From Psammoneis japonica (lineage: Eukaryota): a DNA stretch of 64,000 bases. This document shows, piece by piece, positions 12,764 through 23,468 of the stretch. The stretch lies in the NCBI GenBank assembly GCA_008632985.1, contig QPGO01000097.1:1-64000 (forward strand), in the 5' to 3' direction. Position 1 is the first letter of the stretch; each line of letters begins with the position of its first letter. The position numbers and the translations under genes are program-made. A model generated the notes under the pieces. That model saw only the letters and a list, made by a program, of their open reading frames with translations, made no database searches and was not told the origin of the DNA.

Positions 12764-14251
12764 ATGTCTCAAGCTGAAGAGCCAGTTTTGGGGGAGAGCC
12801 GACGTGAAGTAGATGAAGATAGAACGATCGCACCGCTTTTCGTCCTTAAGGTGCCTCTCCACTCTTCAGACGTGAAAACGCTTGTTCTCGGCGCTGGTGG
12901 GAACCGTTCGGGTATCTCTTCCGTTTGCTTCCTTCCGTCTCGAACAAAAAATCATGATTGGTTTCGAGATGTAGATGGATCGGAGCATGACACTTCCGAT
13001 GATGATGAACCCGAGTTTCGTTGCAACTCACGAACGAACTCTGAGAAGAAGATCGATCGCAATGAATTATCTGGAGCACGCGACGCCACTGCGACTTTGT
13101 CACTCGGCGGGATGTTCTTGGCCTCCAGTCACTCCAATGGCGAGTCATTCTTGTGGGATTTGGGTCGGAGACGTATCGTTGCCGAATTTTCTGGTATACG
13201 AGGCCCAGGACTTGTGCTGAGGCGAATGGGGCAAGACAACAACCTGCTGTACCAAACGCGAGACGAAAAGGGAACGGTTTCCATTCATTCTGTTGAGACC
13301 CAATTAAGAACAAATAATCGATTGTCCGTCTGCCCTTCTTGCCCAGTTGTCGCGAAGTTCGAGACGAACTCTCGTACCTTTTGCGCAGCCGCCCCGTGCT
13401 TCGGCAACGCTAACCTGGTAGCACTGCCTGCTGAAGACGAAACCATGGTTGTCGTTCGCGATTTGAGGGTTCCTTCAACGATGTCACCAGTAACAAGATT
13501 CCGCGGAGGTAGTCATTCTGGAGGAGGAGCGGAACGGGGTCATGGGATGTTAACGTCGTTGGCAATGTCGGAAGCTTGTAGTGCTCGAGGTTGGCCCGTC
13601 GTTTCCTGTGGCATGGAGGACGGATCAGTGTTTTTTCACGATCTCAGAAAGCCTGGGCATCTCTTGGAGAAGAAAACATCTCTTGCTGATCAAAGTCGAC
13701 AGGAGCCAACCTTCCAGAAGTTGCCGTCGCTCCCTTGTGCTTGTATAAAGCTTGGAAGTAGCCCTGTTCTTGGCTTGGATGTTGTGTCATCGTCGTCAAC
13801 GTCCACCGGTGCAAAATCCGTAGTCGCGATTGCTGGGATGGCAGGCGATGCAGCTGATATTAGCGAGCTTCCAGAGAGAGAACGTGGTACGGTTACAATC
13901 ATAAAGGCATTCTTTCCATCGGAAGAAGATAGCGCTGTTCCTGTCGCTAGGCTTCGAGCTCGCCTCCCTACTTGCAGGCTAGGGGCGGACGTAGCCTCGG
14001 TGGGAAAACCTGGTGTTTCAGTGTGTCGGTTTCGCCCAGATGGACGCATATTTGCTGTTGGTGGGTGGGATAAGCGATTGAGAATCTTTGATCGAACGTG
14101 CAAAGCCTCTCCTCTCGCCATCCTGAAGGCTCATGCTGATTCTGTAGCCGCTGTTGACTGGGCTTCAGATTCGGCGATGTCTGGTATTGTGGCGACTGGG
14201 GCTGGAGATGGTAGGATATGTTTATGGCGGTGTTTTCCTTCATACAAATAA
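12764..14251 (+). CDS. WD40 protein GNB1L/Asa1-like
   Basis: C-terminal KPGVSVCRFRPDGRIFAVGGWDKRLRIF...PLAILKAH...ATGAGDGRICLW is typical of GNB1L/Asa1. Confidence 0.72.
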   Translation: MSQAEEPVLGESRREVDEDRTIAPLFVLKVPLHSSDVKTLVLGAGGNRSGISSVCFLPSRTKNHDWFRDVDGSEHDTSDDDEPEFRCNSRTNSEKKIDRNELSGARDATATLSLGGMFLASSHSNGESFLWDLGRRRIVAEFSGIRGPGLVLRRMGQDNNLLYQTRDEKGTVSIHSVETQLRTNNRLSVCPSCPVVAKFETNSRTFCAAAPCFGNANLVALPAEDETMVVVRDLRVPSTMSPVTRFRGGSHSGGGAERGHGMLTSLAMSEACSARGWPVVSCGMEDGSVFFHDLRKPGHLLEKKTSLADQSRQEPTFQKLPSLPCACIKLGSSPVLGLDVVSSSSTSTGAKSVVAIAGMAGDAADISELPERERGTVTIIKAFFPSEEDSAVPVARLRARLPTCRLGADVASVGKPGVSVCRFRPDGRIFAVGGWDKRLRIFDRTCKASPLAILKAHADSVAAVDWASDSAMSGIVATGAGDGRICLWRCFPSYK

Positions 14252-14716
14252 ATCGAGCAAGTCGCGTTGGACGCATGTGTAAGGACGTTGTAGGGTGGCG
14301 GTGGCATCAGTCGCTCAAATCATCATCGCATTCGAAAGTTTGAGTTTCGCGCCAAAATTGAAAATACTACGATACTCTCTAGTAGTACCGATAGTATTCG
14401 TACATCGACCCGAAAAATAGACATCGTCCTTAGGTTCAGATTCAGATGGTTGGAGCTGTAGCAATAACAACAGAACCGAAAAAAACGATGGGATACTTAT
14501 GGCGGTGCTTTCCTTCTCACAAGCACTCTAGGTATGCACCGAGGAAATCGCTTTGCTATACTGGTGTTGAAATGCGTGACGCGCACACGCAGGGTCGGAA
14601 CTTTCATTCCAGTATTCTAAACCAGCGCGAACATGAGAGTCGAATCATTTAACGCTTGACTGCACTACTAATGAACCAAGAAACCCACCCTTCCCAAAAA
14701 TGTATCAAACCGCAGG

Positions 14717-15466
14717 TCAGGTCTCGTCGAGAATCGCGTCCCAAAACATTATCTCGTAATCTTGGAGCATTCTCACCGGTTCTATTAACTCGTCATAAGT
14801 AACACCTTCCTTTTCGATTATTACCGCTGCCATTTCATCCAACTTTTCAATGGGCGTGGCAAAAAATTTAACGAAACTGAGAGCTTCGTCTTCAACACCA
14901 GAATATCCGTACACTTTGTTTGCAGCAAGTGCGTGGTGCAGTCTGCGACACATTCTGCCCCATGCAGGAAAGTTGACTGCGCACGCCGCTGCTGCTGGGG
15001 CCTTGCGATTATCTCTAGCCAGTCTAGCCCAGTAAGATGGGTATGCCTGCGCACCTGCGGACAGCATTTTGTGGGAGGTAATGGACTGCTCATCATTGAG
15101 GCCCAGCGATTTCGCGTGCTCCAGCAAGAGCCCCGCGGCATGAACCTCGCCACTGAGTAAGAAGTGAAATAAGTTTTTTGGATCTCCATCATCTTGGACC
15201 GGTTCAGGAACAATCGATTCAGTTAGAGAAGGAGGCGTGAACTCTTTGTGATCGGCGAGGACGGCAAAGGAAACCGCGTCGGCTTGCTGGATTGCGAACT
15301 GTTCACACACAAATGCTCGCCGTTGTTTCAGCGTAAGCAATCCGTTCTCAGCCGATTTTATGTAGGGGTGCGACTCCAATCTTTGTTCAGTTTGGATGTT
15401 GAACTGTTCCTTTCTCAGTCGCTCAATCATCTGTAGACCGCTGCTTTTCGCGTTGACGTTTTCCAT
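14717..15466 (-). CDS. TenA/THI-4/PqqC family (heme-oxygenase-like fold) protein
   Basis: Intronless 249-aa ORF with HPYI..., FVCEQFAIQQAD, AQAYPSYW, AVNFPAWG and C-terminal LQDYEIMFWDA. Confidence 0.7.
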   Translation of the reverse strand: MENVNAKSSGLQMIERLRKEQFNIQTEQRLESHPYIKSAENGLLTLKQRRAFVCEQFAIQQADAVSFAVLADHKEFTPPSLTESIVPEPVQDDGDPKNLFHFLLSGEVHAAGLLLEHAKSLGLNDEQSITSHKMLSAGAQAYPSYWARLARDNRKAPAAAACAVNFPAWGRMCRRLHHALAANKVYGYSGVEDEALSFVKFFATPIEKLDEMAAVIIEKEGVTYDELIEPVRMLQDYEIMFWDAILDET

Positions 15467-15878
15467 CGGTATCTATCTTGTGGCTTCTGTATTGTACGAC
15501 TCGGATATCAGAACGAGAAAGTTTACATGTGCACTACTTAGAAGAAGGTGACGATGCACTCCCGCTGACTGGTTATGGACCTGGTTGTCAATACAGTAAG
15601 ACTAATCCAAAAAGCAAGTCGAAGTCGATTGACTCCAAGTTATGGTAAACCTTGGTTATTTTTCGGTTCCGCGAACGATCGCGACGGACAACGGATGGAC
15701 ACTGCCTGGATTGCGATTTCGTTCCGTTTGGGTTTCCGCCGTTCAGTGTTTCATCATGAATCAAGTTCGCCACAACTTGACCGACCTACTAGTAGAGGTT
15801 CCTATCTGAACGTTGTCTGCTGCATAGCATCTTCGTCGGACTTCAGAAGCGAAGTGGGTTATATACGCTAGTAGAAGC

Positions 15879-16497
15879 ATGTCATCTCAGTTGTTGCTGT
15901 TTGTCATCGTGGGGAAAAATGAACCGTTGTACGAGGCCGAGTTCCACAAACTAGGCGACTCGGGAGGTACATCAGATTCTGTGACTCGGCAAAACTACTT
16001 TGTCTTGCACTCTGCTCTCGATTTAGTTGAAAAAGCCGCTTGGAGCAGTAACAATATGTATCTTAAAGTCGTTGACAAGGTATGATTAGCTTCGCTGAAT
16101 GATTTATGCGTACGTGCGGTTACAATTCGTTTCTCAAGCGGCTGATCTGCCAAATTTCCCTCCGTCACAGGTGAACCATCAGCACGTTTCAACGTTTTTG
16201 ACAGCTGGAAACATCAAATTCATGCTATTGCATGGGGGGCGAAGCGAAGATAGCATCAAAAACTTTTTCAATGATGTGTACGAGCTTTACGTCAAGGTGA
16301 GCTTTTGTCAAGGATTTCTCAGCGTGGCATGACCGACCATAATCGCAGTGGACTAACCAGCACGTTGTAATCCGAATGTTTGCAATAAATCTCATCAACA
16401 GCTGTCTATGAATCCGTTTTATCGGTATGATACGCCAATAACATCAAAGTCATTCGACAGTCGCGTTAGAGCAGTTGCAAGACGGTATCTTTCTTGA
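15879..16497 (+). CDS. TRAPPC2: TRAPP complex subunit 2 (sedlin/Trs20); introns 16080-16170 and 16297-16401
   Basis: Motifs [61 protein letters not shown] and MNPFY...[10 protein letters not shown]. Confidence 0.92.
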
Positions 16498-17080
16498 GGA
16501 CTACGTACCGTATCATGATCCCTTCGAACTGTTTGACTAGAGGATAACTACAGTATTAATTTTTGCTCCTCTCTACTCTAGAGGCATGAGTCGACGAGAT
16601 TTGCGCTGAACGTTAGCATTTTTACGTGCCGTTGGTCAAAGTTTGCTTGAAGTTTGAGAGGCTATCTACGTAGGGCCTGTCCTTAGACATTGTGACTGTG
16701 CCCCAGCTCTAGAGAAAGATTCCCTGAAGCTCTCATTGGCACGTCTAGATAGAGAGAGAGATGACACTAGCTAGCTATCAACTACCGGTATGTGGCCTAG
16801 TGTGTGCCAAGAGGTAAACAGTTATTCTTGTCTTGCTCTCTACTCTAGAGATTCTTGTCTTGAGGCCCTACTCTCTACTACCGGTAGAGTAGGTACTGCA
16901 GTGCAAAAATGCTGCTCCGGGTTGCATCAGTACCGTACACTGTAACTCATCGACGCAAACCGCACACACCACCTACCGGTAACCTGCACACCACACCGCA
17001 TTTGCGCAGTCACTGAAACCGCGACAGAGGTACACCTTTCCTCATTCAAAGACTAATCGCATTCTGTAGCACAATCAAAC

Positions 17081-17636
17081 ATGAAGATTCTATCTTTCAT
17101 GTGTATTATCTACCAAGCTGTAGCATTTGTTCCTGGTGGGAATTTGGAAATGCAGCATGCACCCTCCTCGCCTGCTGCTTTTCTGGCGCGCATGAACCAA
17201 GACAACTACTCCTACGGAGAATCATCGTCTGTGGTGGAAGCTCCGAAAAAGTCGACACTGAAATTCAAGTTAAATTCTGCTATTGCCGGATTCTCTCTTG
17301 GATCGTTCTCAATGATACCTGCTGTTGTAGCGGAAGCTGTTGACATTGATGAAGCTGAAATTGCGGAACTCCCACCACCGTGGGTTCCCGCCATTTTTGC
17401 TGTGTTGCTTTTAGGAGGAGTTGGTGTATTAACTGGAAGTCTGGGTGACGTGATGTCTGAAGGTAAGTCCTAAAGACTTGAAGTCTTTGATCCTCTTTCT
17501 ACACCATTATGCTTATTCAGGAATGTGTTCCGCCTTCATACTCGATCAACCAGAGGCATCGCTCGGGATGCAGTCCGGAGCGAGAGCAAAGAAAGAAATG
17601 GAGCGGAGCCGCTCATCCTATTTTAAGAAGAAATAG
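17081..17636 (+). CDS. Small plastid-targeted single-TM protein of unknown function; intron ~17463-17553
   Basis: Signal peptide ending AVAF, a second hydrophobic stretch ending AEA (lumen-targeting-like) and a TM segment WVPAIFAVLLLGGVGVL. Spliced C-terminus EEASLGMQSGARAKKEMERSRSSYFKKK. Confidence 0.65.
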
Positions 17637-17901
17637 GGCCCCTAGGATGAAAAAACCGCAACCAGCAAGATGTTGGCAAATATTGTACTAATCTAGAGAG
17701 ATAAAAGGAATTCTACATAGAAGCATATCTCAATTTTCTAGTTATTGAAAATGACACAAATGATCAGAACCCTACGTAGAGTTTAACCTCTCTGACCCCG
17801 AGAACGCATTGTTTTGAATACATGAAGTAGGCTTGATACTGCTTGTGATACTATCGGTCGATTCCACACCACCGTTGATGGATGCATTCGGCATTTGTCG
17901 C

Positions 17902-19196
17902 TTATGCATCCGTTGCCCGGCTCCCAAGCCTACCCGGATCGGCACTAGGATAGTAGGGCTTCGGAGCGGCAGCAACACGCTTAGCGGCACCGACACCGGC
18001 GCCACGAATTACACCTCCGCCAGGACGAGGGGCGTTTGAGAGGGAGGTGCTAGCAGCTGCAACCTGCGGTGGTGGTCTGACGGGTTTTAGTCCGGCGGGA
18101 AGCGCGGTTTGCTTCGCCTTGGAACTGCCTCCAGCTTGTGGTGGTGCCGCTGGACGCACCACTCCTGAAGTGTTTGCTGCGCCTGATCCGTAACCAGTGT
18201 TCTCAGCAGCTCCTGGACGAGTGTTTCCGCGCTTAGGAGCTCGAGCCCACGCTACATAAATGGGGTGGCCCTTGAGCGTCTTTCGATTCATTGATACAAT
18301 TGCTAATTCGGTAGCCTCTGGTTGCGTGTATTCAACAAAGGCTCCCTTGTCACCGTGTAGACGAACTGCTACAATCTCTCCAAAGCTGTAAAAAGCATCT
18401 CTCACGTCAGCTTCTGTCAACTGCGGTGTGGACGCTGTATCGTCTCCCTGAAACCGAAGATAGCAAGTTGCGCGAGATCGCTCGTCGTGCCCCTCCTCCC
18501 CCCGTCCCTGCGACGATTCCTTCTTTTGTTCCTCCTCTTTTCGCTTCCTAATGGCAATCATCTTCCCTGCCACGGGATCCTGTGTCCCAAAGAATCTATT
18601 CTTGTGTTTTGTTTCGACAGCGGGTCGTTGCGGTCCCTCGGCATTTCGTGTCTAAAAGGACAATTCGCCCCACGGTCACACTCGCCTCGTGCAAAGAAAC
18701 TACAAAGCTTTGGAAGGTTCCGCTCATAACGCGGTTCCATCCTTGCCATGGACTGAAGCGTCGCATGAGCAAGGGCATTTTCAGTGCCCACTGTGTTTTG
18801 ACCCTGATCAAGGGCACGCTGTTGCTGAGCTGTATACCACGATCGATTAGCTTGACTCTGCGGAACATTGGCAACCGCACCGGAGCTGCCGCTGTCTCGG
18901 AGAACCTTATCCCGCACCCCCACTGGAAGTCCATACTGTAAATCGTAAATACACACCTGACATACGTTCTTAGCTTGTGCACATGACTTGCAAATCTCGA
19001 CCTTCTTGAGACGGCCTCTTGTGCCGGCCTGCCAGGCAAACACGGTAAACGGGGTTTCACATATCTTGCACTTTTTTCCGTGCGGTTCCTTCGTCATGCG
19101 AACGTACGGGTTGTCGCCCAGACATGTTTCACATACCAACGGGAATTCTGTCTCCTCCCACTTTTGTTTGACGTCGTCCCTCTTGATGGAAGCCAT
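17902..19196 (-). CDS. RBM22: Pre-mRNA splicing factor RBM22/Slt11 (zinc fingers + RRM); apparent 1-nt frameshift near 18600
   Basis: Motifs WEETEFPLVCETCLGDNPYVRM, KNVCQVCIYDLQYGLPV and CCCH finger CSFFARGECDRGANCPFRHE. The RRM (GAFVEY) lies in the downstream frame. Confidence 0.9.
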
Positions 19197-19519
19197 GGTT
19201 ACAATACGGTGTTATTGATCGAGCTGATGTGTGTTGTGGAAAGTGTTAGCCTCTTATCTTGAGCTCTCTCTTGAGAAGCTGTTCGTTAGTTCGTTATGGT
19301 TGTCGTTGTTGTTGTTGTTTTCTACCGTACTACGCCGTACTATGGGGTTGTGTTCGTGGCTGAGTGGAGGGAATTTTGACCAAACGTCAAAGCGCAGATC
19401 CACAGGGTTTCAGTACAGGTATTGCATATACCGAACTGTCAAATTCCGTCTTGGAATTCGAACTCCATCCGACGCGCTCTGAGTATTGTGGACACTGTGG
19501 AGGTAAACTGCGACACCTA

Positions 19520-20086
19520 CACTCAGAATACTGTACACTACCTAACGAGTACGGGAGGTTCTCAACAACCCAAGAGGCAAAGAAATTACCACTCGGCTAA
19601 TTGTTGAGTCCCTTCTCCGCACACACATTTAGGCATGTGTTGTGCACAGCATCATCACACAGCATTTATCCAACTCTCCCTCTCGTCGCAGGATGGGGTG
19701 TCGCCTTGGGGCGCATCCGCACGGCGGACTTACGAATTTGACCATGCACTCCCTCTGATGGGCAGGATGGGTAGCGCCATGTGGCGCATCCGGCCAAGGG
19801 AGGAGTGGGTTCGAAGCCCAACCGCCCACCCCGGATGGGGTTGGAATGGGGCAGGCCGAGAAAGAAAAGGAGGCTTGGATTTGAGGCCGACTCGAACCAG
19901 CGACCTCAGGAAGCGTAAAGACTCATAACCACTCAGAATACTGTACACTACCTAACGAGTACGGGAGGTTCTCAACAACCCAAGAGGCAAAGAAATTACC
20001 ACTCGGCTAATTGTTGAGTCCCTTCTCCGCACACAAATTTAGGCATGTGTTGTGCACAGCATCATCACACAGCATTTATCCAACTC
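19520..20086. repeat. 157-bp direct repeat (19520-19676 and 19930-20086, one mismatch) flanking a 253-bp GC-rich spacer
   Basis: Both copies read cactcagaatactgtacac...cagcatttatccaactc. Confidence 0.9.
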
Positions 20087-20159
20087 CTACCGCACAAGGT
20101 TCAAGAGAAGAGGACGTATAAGCAAGCTTCAAATCCATTTACTCTACAATATTGTGAAG

Positions 20160-20477
20160 ATGTTCCTCTCTATGTTAAGTGGCCCCGTTCTCAGGGCCTC
20201 ATCGGCACGCTGGTTTGCATCCATTGCGGCAAAACCTGCTCTTCTCTTTGGCCCTCCTCAGGAGTTACAGCTAGAGTCCTTACTTGTGGGTTCGATCTTG
20301 AAGCGTCCGTGCAATCACATACTCGAGCAACGCAGTGAATCTTCGCCATTGTGGGAGTCGCTGATGGCGATGAATCGAAATGCCAGGCGACCAAAAAAGG
20401 CCAATAGAGGAAAGAGGCCGGTGTCGCGTGTCGCACGACGTGCAAAGAAGCGTGCTTACGGAAATCATCGTCGATAA
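20160..20477 (+). CDS. Small basic protein with mitochondrial-type presequence (possible mitoribosomal peptide)
   Basis: N-terminal MFLSMLSGPVLRASSARWFAS and a highly basic C-terminus MNRNARRPKKANRGKRPVSRVARRAKKR. Confidence 0.55.
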   Translation: MFLSMLSGPVLRASSARWFASIAAKPALLFGPPQELQLESLLVGSILKRPCNHILEQRSESSPLWESLMAMNRNARRPKKANRGKRPVSRVARRAKKRAYGNHRR

Positions 20478-20676
20478 ATGTATCTTTTACTGGTGGTTCA
20501 GTTCCTACAGATATAAGACAAGTAGGCAACTCACGTTGTATTCACACTTTCGCGAACATTTCTGATTGACTTTTGACAATGCTGCGTAGAAAGATTCTTT
20601 CTTAAACCGAAAAGACCTACCGTGTTTCGTATCTGCTGAAATAAAACTCTAGCTTTACCACAAACTATTCTTCTTA

Positions 20677-21792
20677 CTATGGAACATAAATTCGATAATG
20701 GAGGACAAATGTATCATTTCCGCCCACGTCATTCAGATCCCGTTTTGCTTCTTTCATGGTGATCTTGTCGTCTAGTACAACAGTTTCGCCGTCAGCGGAT
20801 GACAGAATCTGATCACATAGTCATGCCAAGCGCGATAGCAGATGATGGATCAGAATAGATCCAGAAAAGGAGCAATACAATAAGTACAACCATGAACACT
20901 GACAACGCACCTGAAAATGGCTTGACGGAGCGTATGCGAGCTTTCGGGACAAGAAGGTTTTCAGGGTCGCAACTGGTAGCTCATGGTTTACTCGAAGCAG
21001 TTCTCTATACAAACGATCGACTCGAGTTTCTTGCGGGTGCCGCCGAAGAAAAAAGTCTATCAGTGGCGACGGCTGCGGCAACCGAGAAAACGAAAAAAGA
21101 TAAGAATCTTACAACGATCGAGCTTTGCACGTTCTAGCCTTTCGTACCTCAATACCCACAATTGAAGGAGATTTTTTGGCCCTTTTCCGTACGTCAGCTT
21201 CCACTACGGCGTCAAAAGTATGCTTCTCTGTGGTCTTCTTTCGCTGACTTGCTTGGGCCCTTATTCCTCGTTTCCGGCTTTCTGTATAAGTATTGTTCAT
21301 GTGTTGCGCCTTGTTAATCATTTCAATTTCACGTTCTTGCTGCTCTTCAAGGGCTTCAAGGTCTCCACACATACTCAAGATCAGGCGATCAAACTGAGGA
21401 TCACTTCGTAGTGAGCGACGCGAAGGGATGTGTATCCTGCAAGTCGGACACTCCTTTTTTCCAAGTCTTAAACACTTCTGAATGCATTCTCCACAAAACC
21501 GATGGAGGCATTCCATAACAATGCTGGTGTTTTTCATGTATCCCAAACACACCGGACATTGGAACTCATTGCTAAGGCCCTTGAGCTGGATACGCATACG
21601 CTGGTTCGGGTTGTCCAAAATGACCTTCCGCGGCTCCCGATTCATATCGAACAAAGTTAAGTACGGGTCACTCCATTCTTCTTCCCACCTTGAATCAGGA
21701 TGGTACTGCGGAATTTCCTCCTTCTCCTTTGATGATGCAGAAGAGACTGAGTCCTCGTCGTTTTCGATCGCTAGTGTCGATGGACCCGGCAT
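20677..21792 (-). CDS. RING1: RING1/RNF2-like E3 ubiquitin ligase (PRC1 catalytic subunit-like); two introns
   Basis: C3HC4 RING FQCPVCLGYMKNTSIVMECLHRFCGECIQKCLRLGKKECPTCR followed by SRRSLRSDPQFDRLI. Spliced C-terminal RAWUL-like domain ends at TAG (20677). The true start may lie further upstream. Confidence 0.8.
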
Positions 21793-22553
21793 GAGTTACT
21801 ACAGTAGAAATTGGCTTCTTTCGGCGCTTCTGTCTTCCTGCGTGCAGAGTGTGAAAGTGTGAATGATCATGGTCGGCTCGGTTTGTCACGCGCGCCGCCG
21901 TCTATCTGCGTGCCGCATAAACTGAAAACCCTTTCAGTCGGCAAAACCACAGCATAGCGCTTGGTACAAAATTACGTACGTACTTCATCGTGTTAAAAAA
22001 AATGGCAACCACGGCGAAAGCACGAAGGAAAGAGACAATCTATCATCTGCCCTGTTTAACACTGGGACGTATCTTGAATATACAAACTGATTGAATAGAC
22101 ATACTTGACAATACGCGATGATCTTCTACCGAAGGAATCTACTTTATTAGTCATTTAGAGTCTCATAAACTATCACTAGTTAATTGCCCCGAAAAGCGTT
22201 TCGATTAACTCCGCACTGCAGAGAAGCGAGTGACATCAACGTATCAATCGTAGCATTGATTCGATAGAGATAAACATCAAAGTAGCTGTTTTTGAGGACG
22301 TACATCAGCATAAGCTTGATTGCATTACCAGCCACACCTAGATGTTAGCATAAACTTGATTGCATTACCAGCCACACTCAGATTTTAGTCAACGAAAGCT
22401 AGTAGACCAAAACTCTCAATTCCCAATCCAAAACAACCGAAAAAAGCTGCTCCCAGCACCGTCGTCGTAAGTCGTATCCCACGAAATCTTTCTCGAAAGC
22501 TAGTCTCGACAGTGTGGATACCTGCGCTGTATAAAGCAGCCCCTTCCACTTCT

Positions 22554-23216
22554 TTATTTTCTTTTTTGTGCTGAAATGTAAAGAACTACAATATCAAGAG
22601 CATTCCGATGCACAAGAAACCGCAATGAGAACTATTGAGCAAGCGCGTAAAGCTGCGAAAAAACCACCAAAAAGAACTGTGCGGCCGTCTCACCATTGTT
22701 TCCGCGAATGAAGCAATCCCCATACTTTGCCTTGAGCTGTCCATCGACAAATTCCTCAGTTTGCTCCATGGCAATATTCATGTACCCATCGAGACATGCT
22801 AATACTCCTAAAAGCGGGTGAATTTTACAACAGCCAGAAACACAGAAACACACACGAGAGGCAAGAGTTTGAGCTCCGTATGCACAACGCACAAAAAAGA
22901 CACCAAGTAGGGAAGGAGAAAGAAACTTACCGCGATATTCTGTTCCCGAATTCAATTTCACTTTAACTGGACGCCCCAGCACAGACTTTAGGAAATCTGA
23001 TGGCGATCGCTTCTTGGCTGCCGCAGTCTGACATAGGCCAAAGAAATTGAACACGCAGCATCGGCAAGCTCGTTGAGTGAATGATACCCAAACGTTCAGT
23101 ACCTCACTGTTTTGTCCATGACTTACCTGCTCTATCGAACTCAATGCAACCCCTGCAGCTGTTGTAGGCGCTTCGGTCGCTAACGGATCGCTTTCGGTGC
23201 CGGTAGGGGGCTCCAT
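22554..23216 (-). CDS. LSM6: U6 snRNA-associated Sm-like protein LSm6 (multi-exon)
   Basis: Spliced sequence PSDFLKSVLGRPVKVKLNSGTEYRG|VLACLDGYMNIAMEQTEE...KYGDCFIRGNN|VLYIS. Confidence 0.93.
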
Positions 23217-23341
23217 GGTCGATGCGATGGTTCGAAGTGGGATGTGGGATGTGGATGTTCGCGACGACAAAATCTGTCTTATCTACGGTATGAGTATGTA
23301 CAGTAGGAACTACCGGGCGGTAGAGTTCATTCTACGGTAGG

Positions 23342-23468
23342 AGAGTAGCGAGTCCCGAATAATACGAGTCCCGAATACTTTACCAAAATTTTGGTAAACT
23401 TTACCAAAATTTTGGTAAAGTGTTCGGGACTCAAAATGGTTTCGTCCATTCGGGACTCGCTTGAACCA
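23342..23468 (+). repeat. Left inverted repeat (~127 bp), internally palindromic
   Basis: Reverse complement of 61925-62051. Contains two tandem TTTACCAAAATTTTGGTAAA palindromes and GAGTCCCGAA in direct and inverted copies. Confidence 0.9.

Noticed and set aside
19760..19830. Intact tRNA gene
   Set aside because: A T-loop-like motif is present, but I could not fold convincing D and anticodon arms.
20677..21792. Functional link between the RING1 (Polycomb) gene and the adjacent silenced block
   Set aside because: Proximity alone is not evidence in a eukaryotic genome.
22308..22385. 40-bp tandem duplication downstream of LSm6
   Set aside because: Two copies only; an ordinary local duplication.
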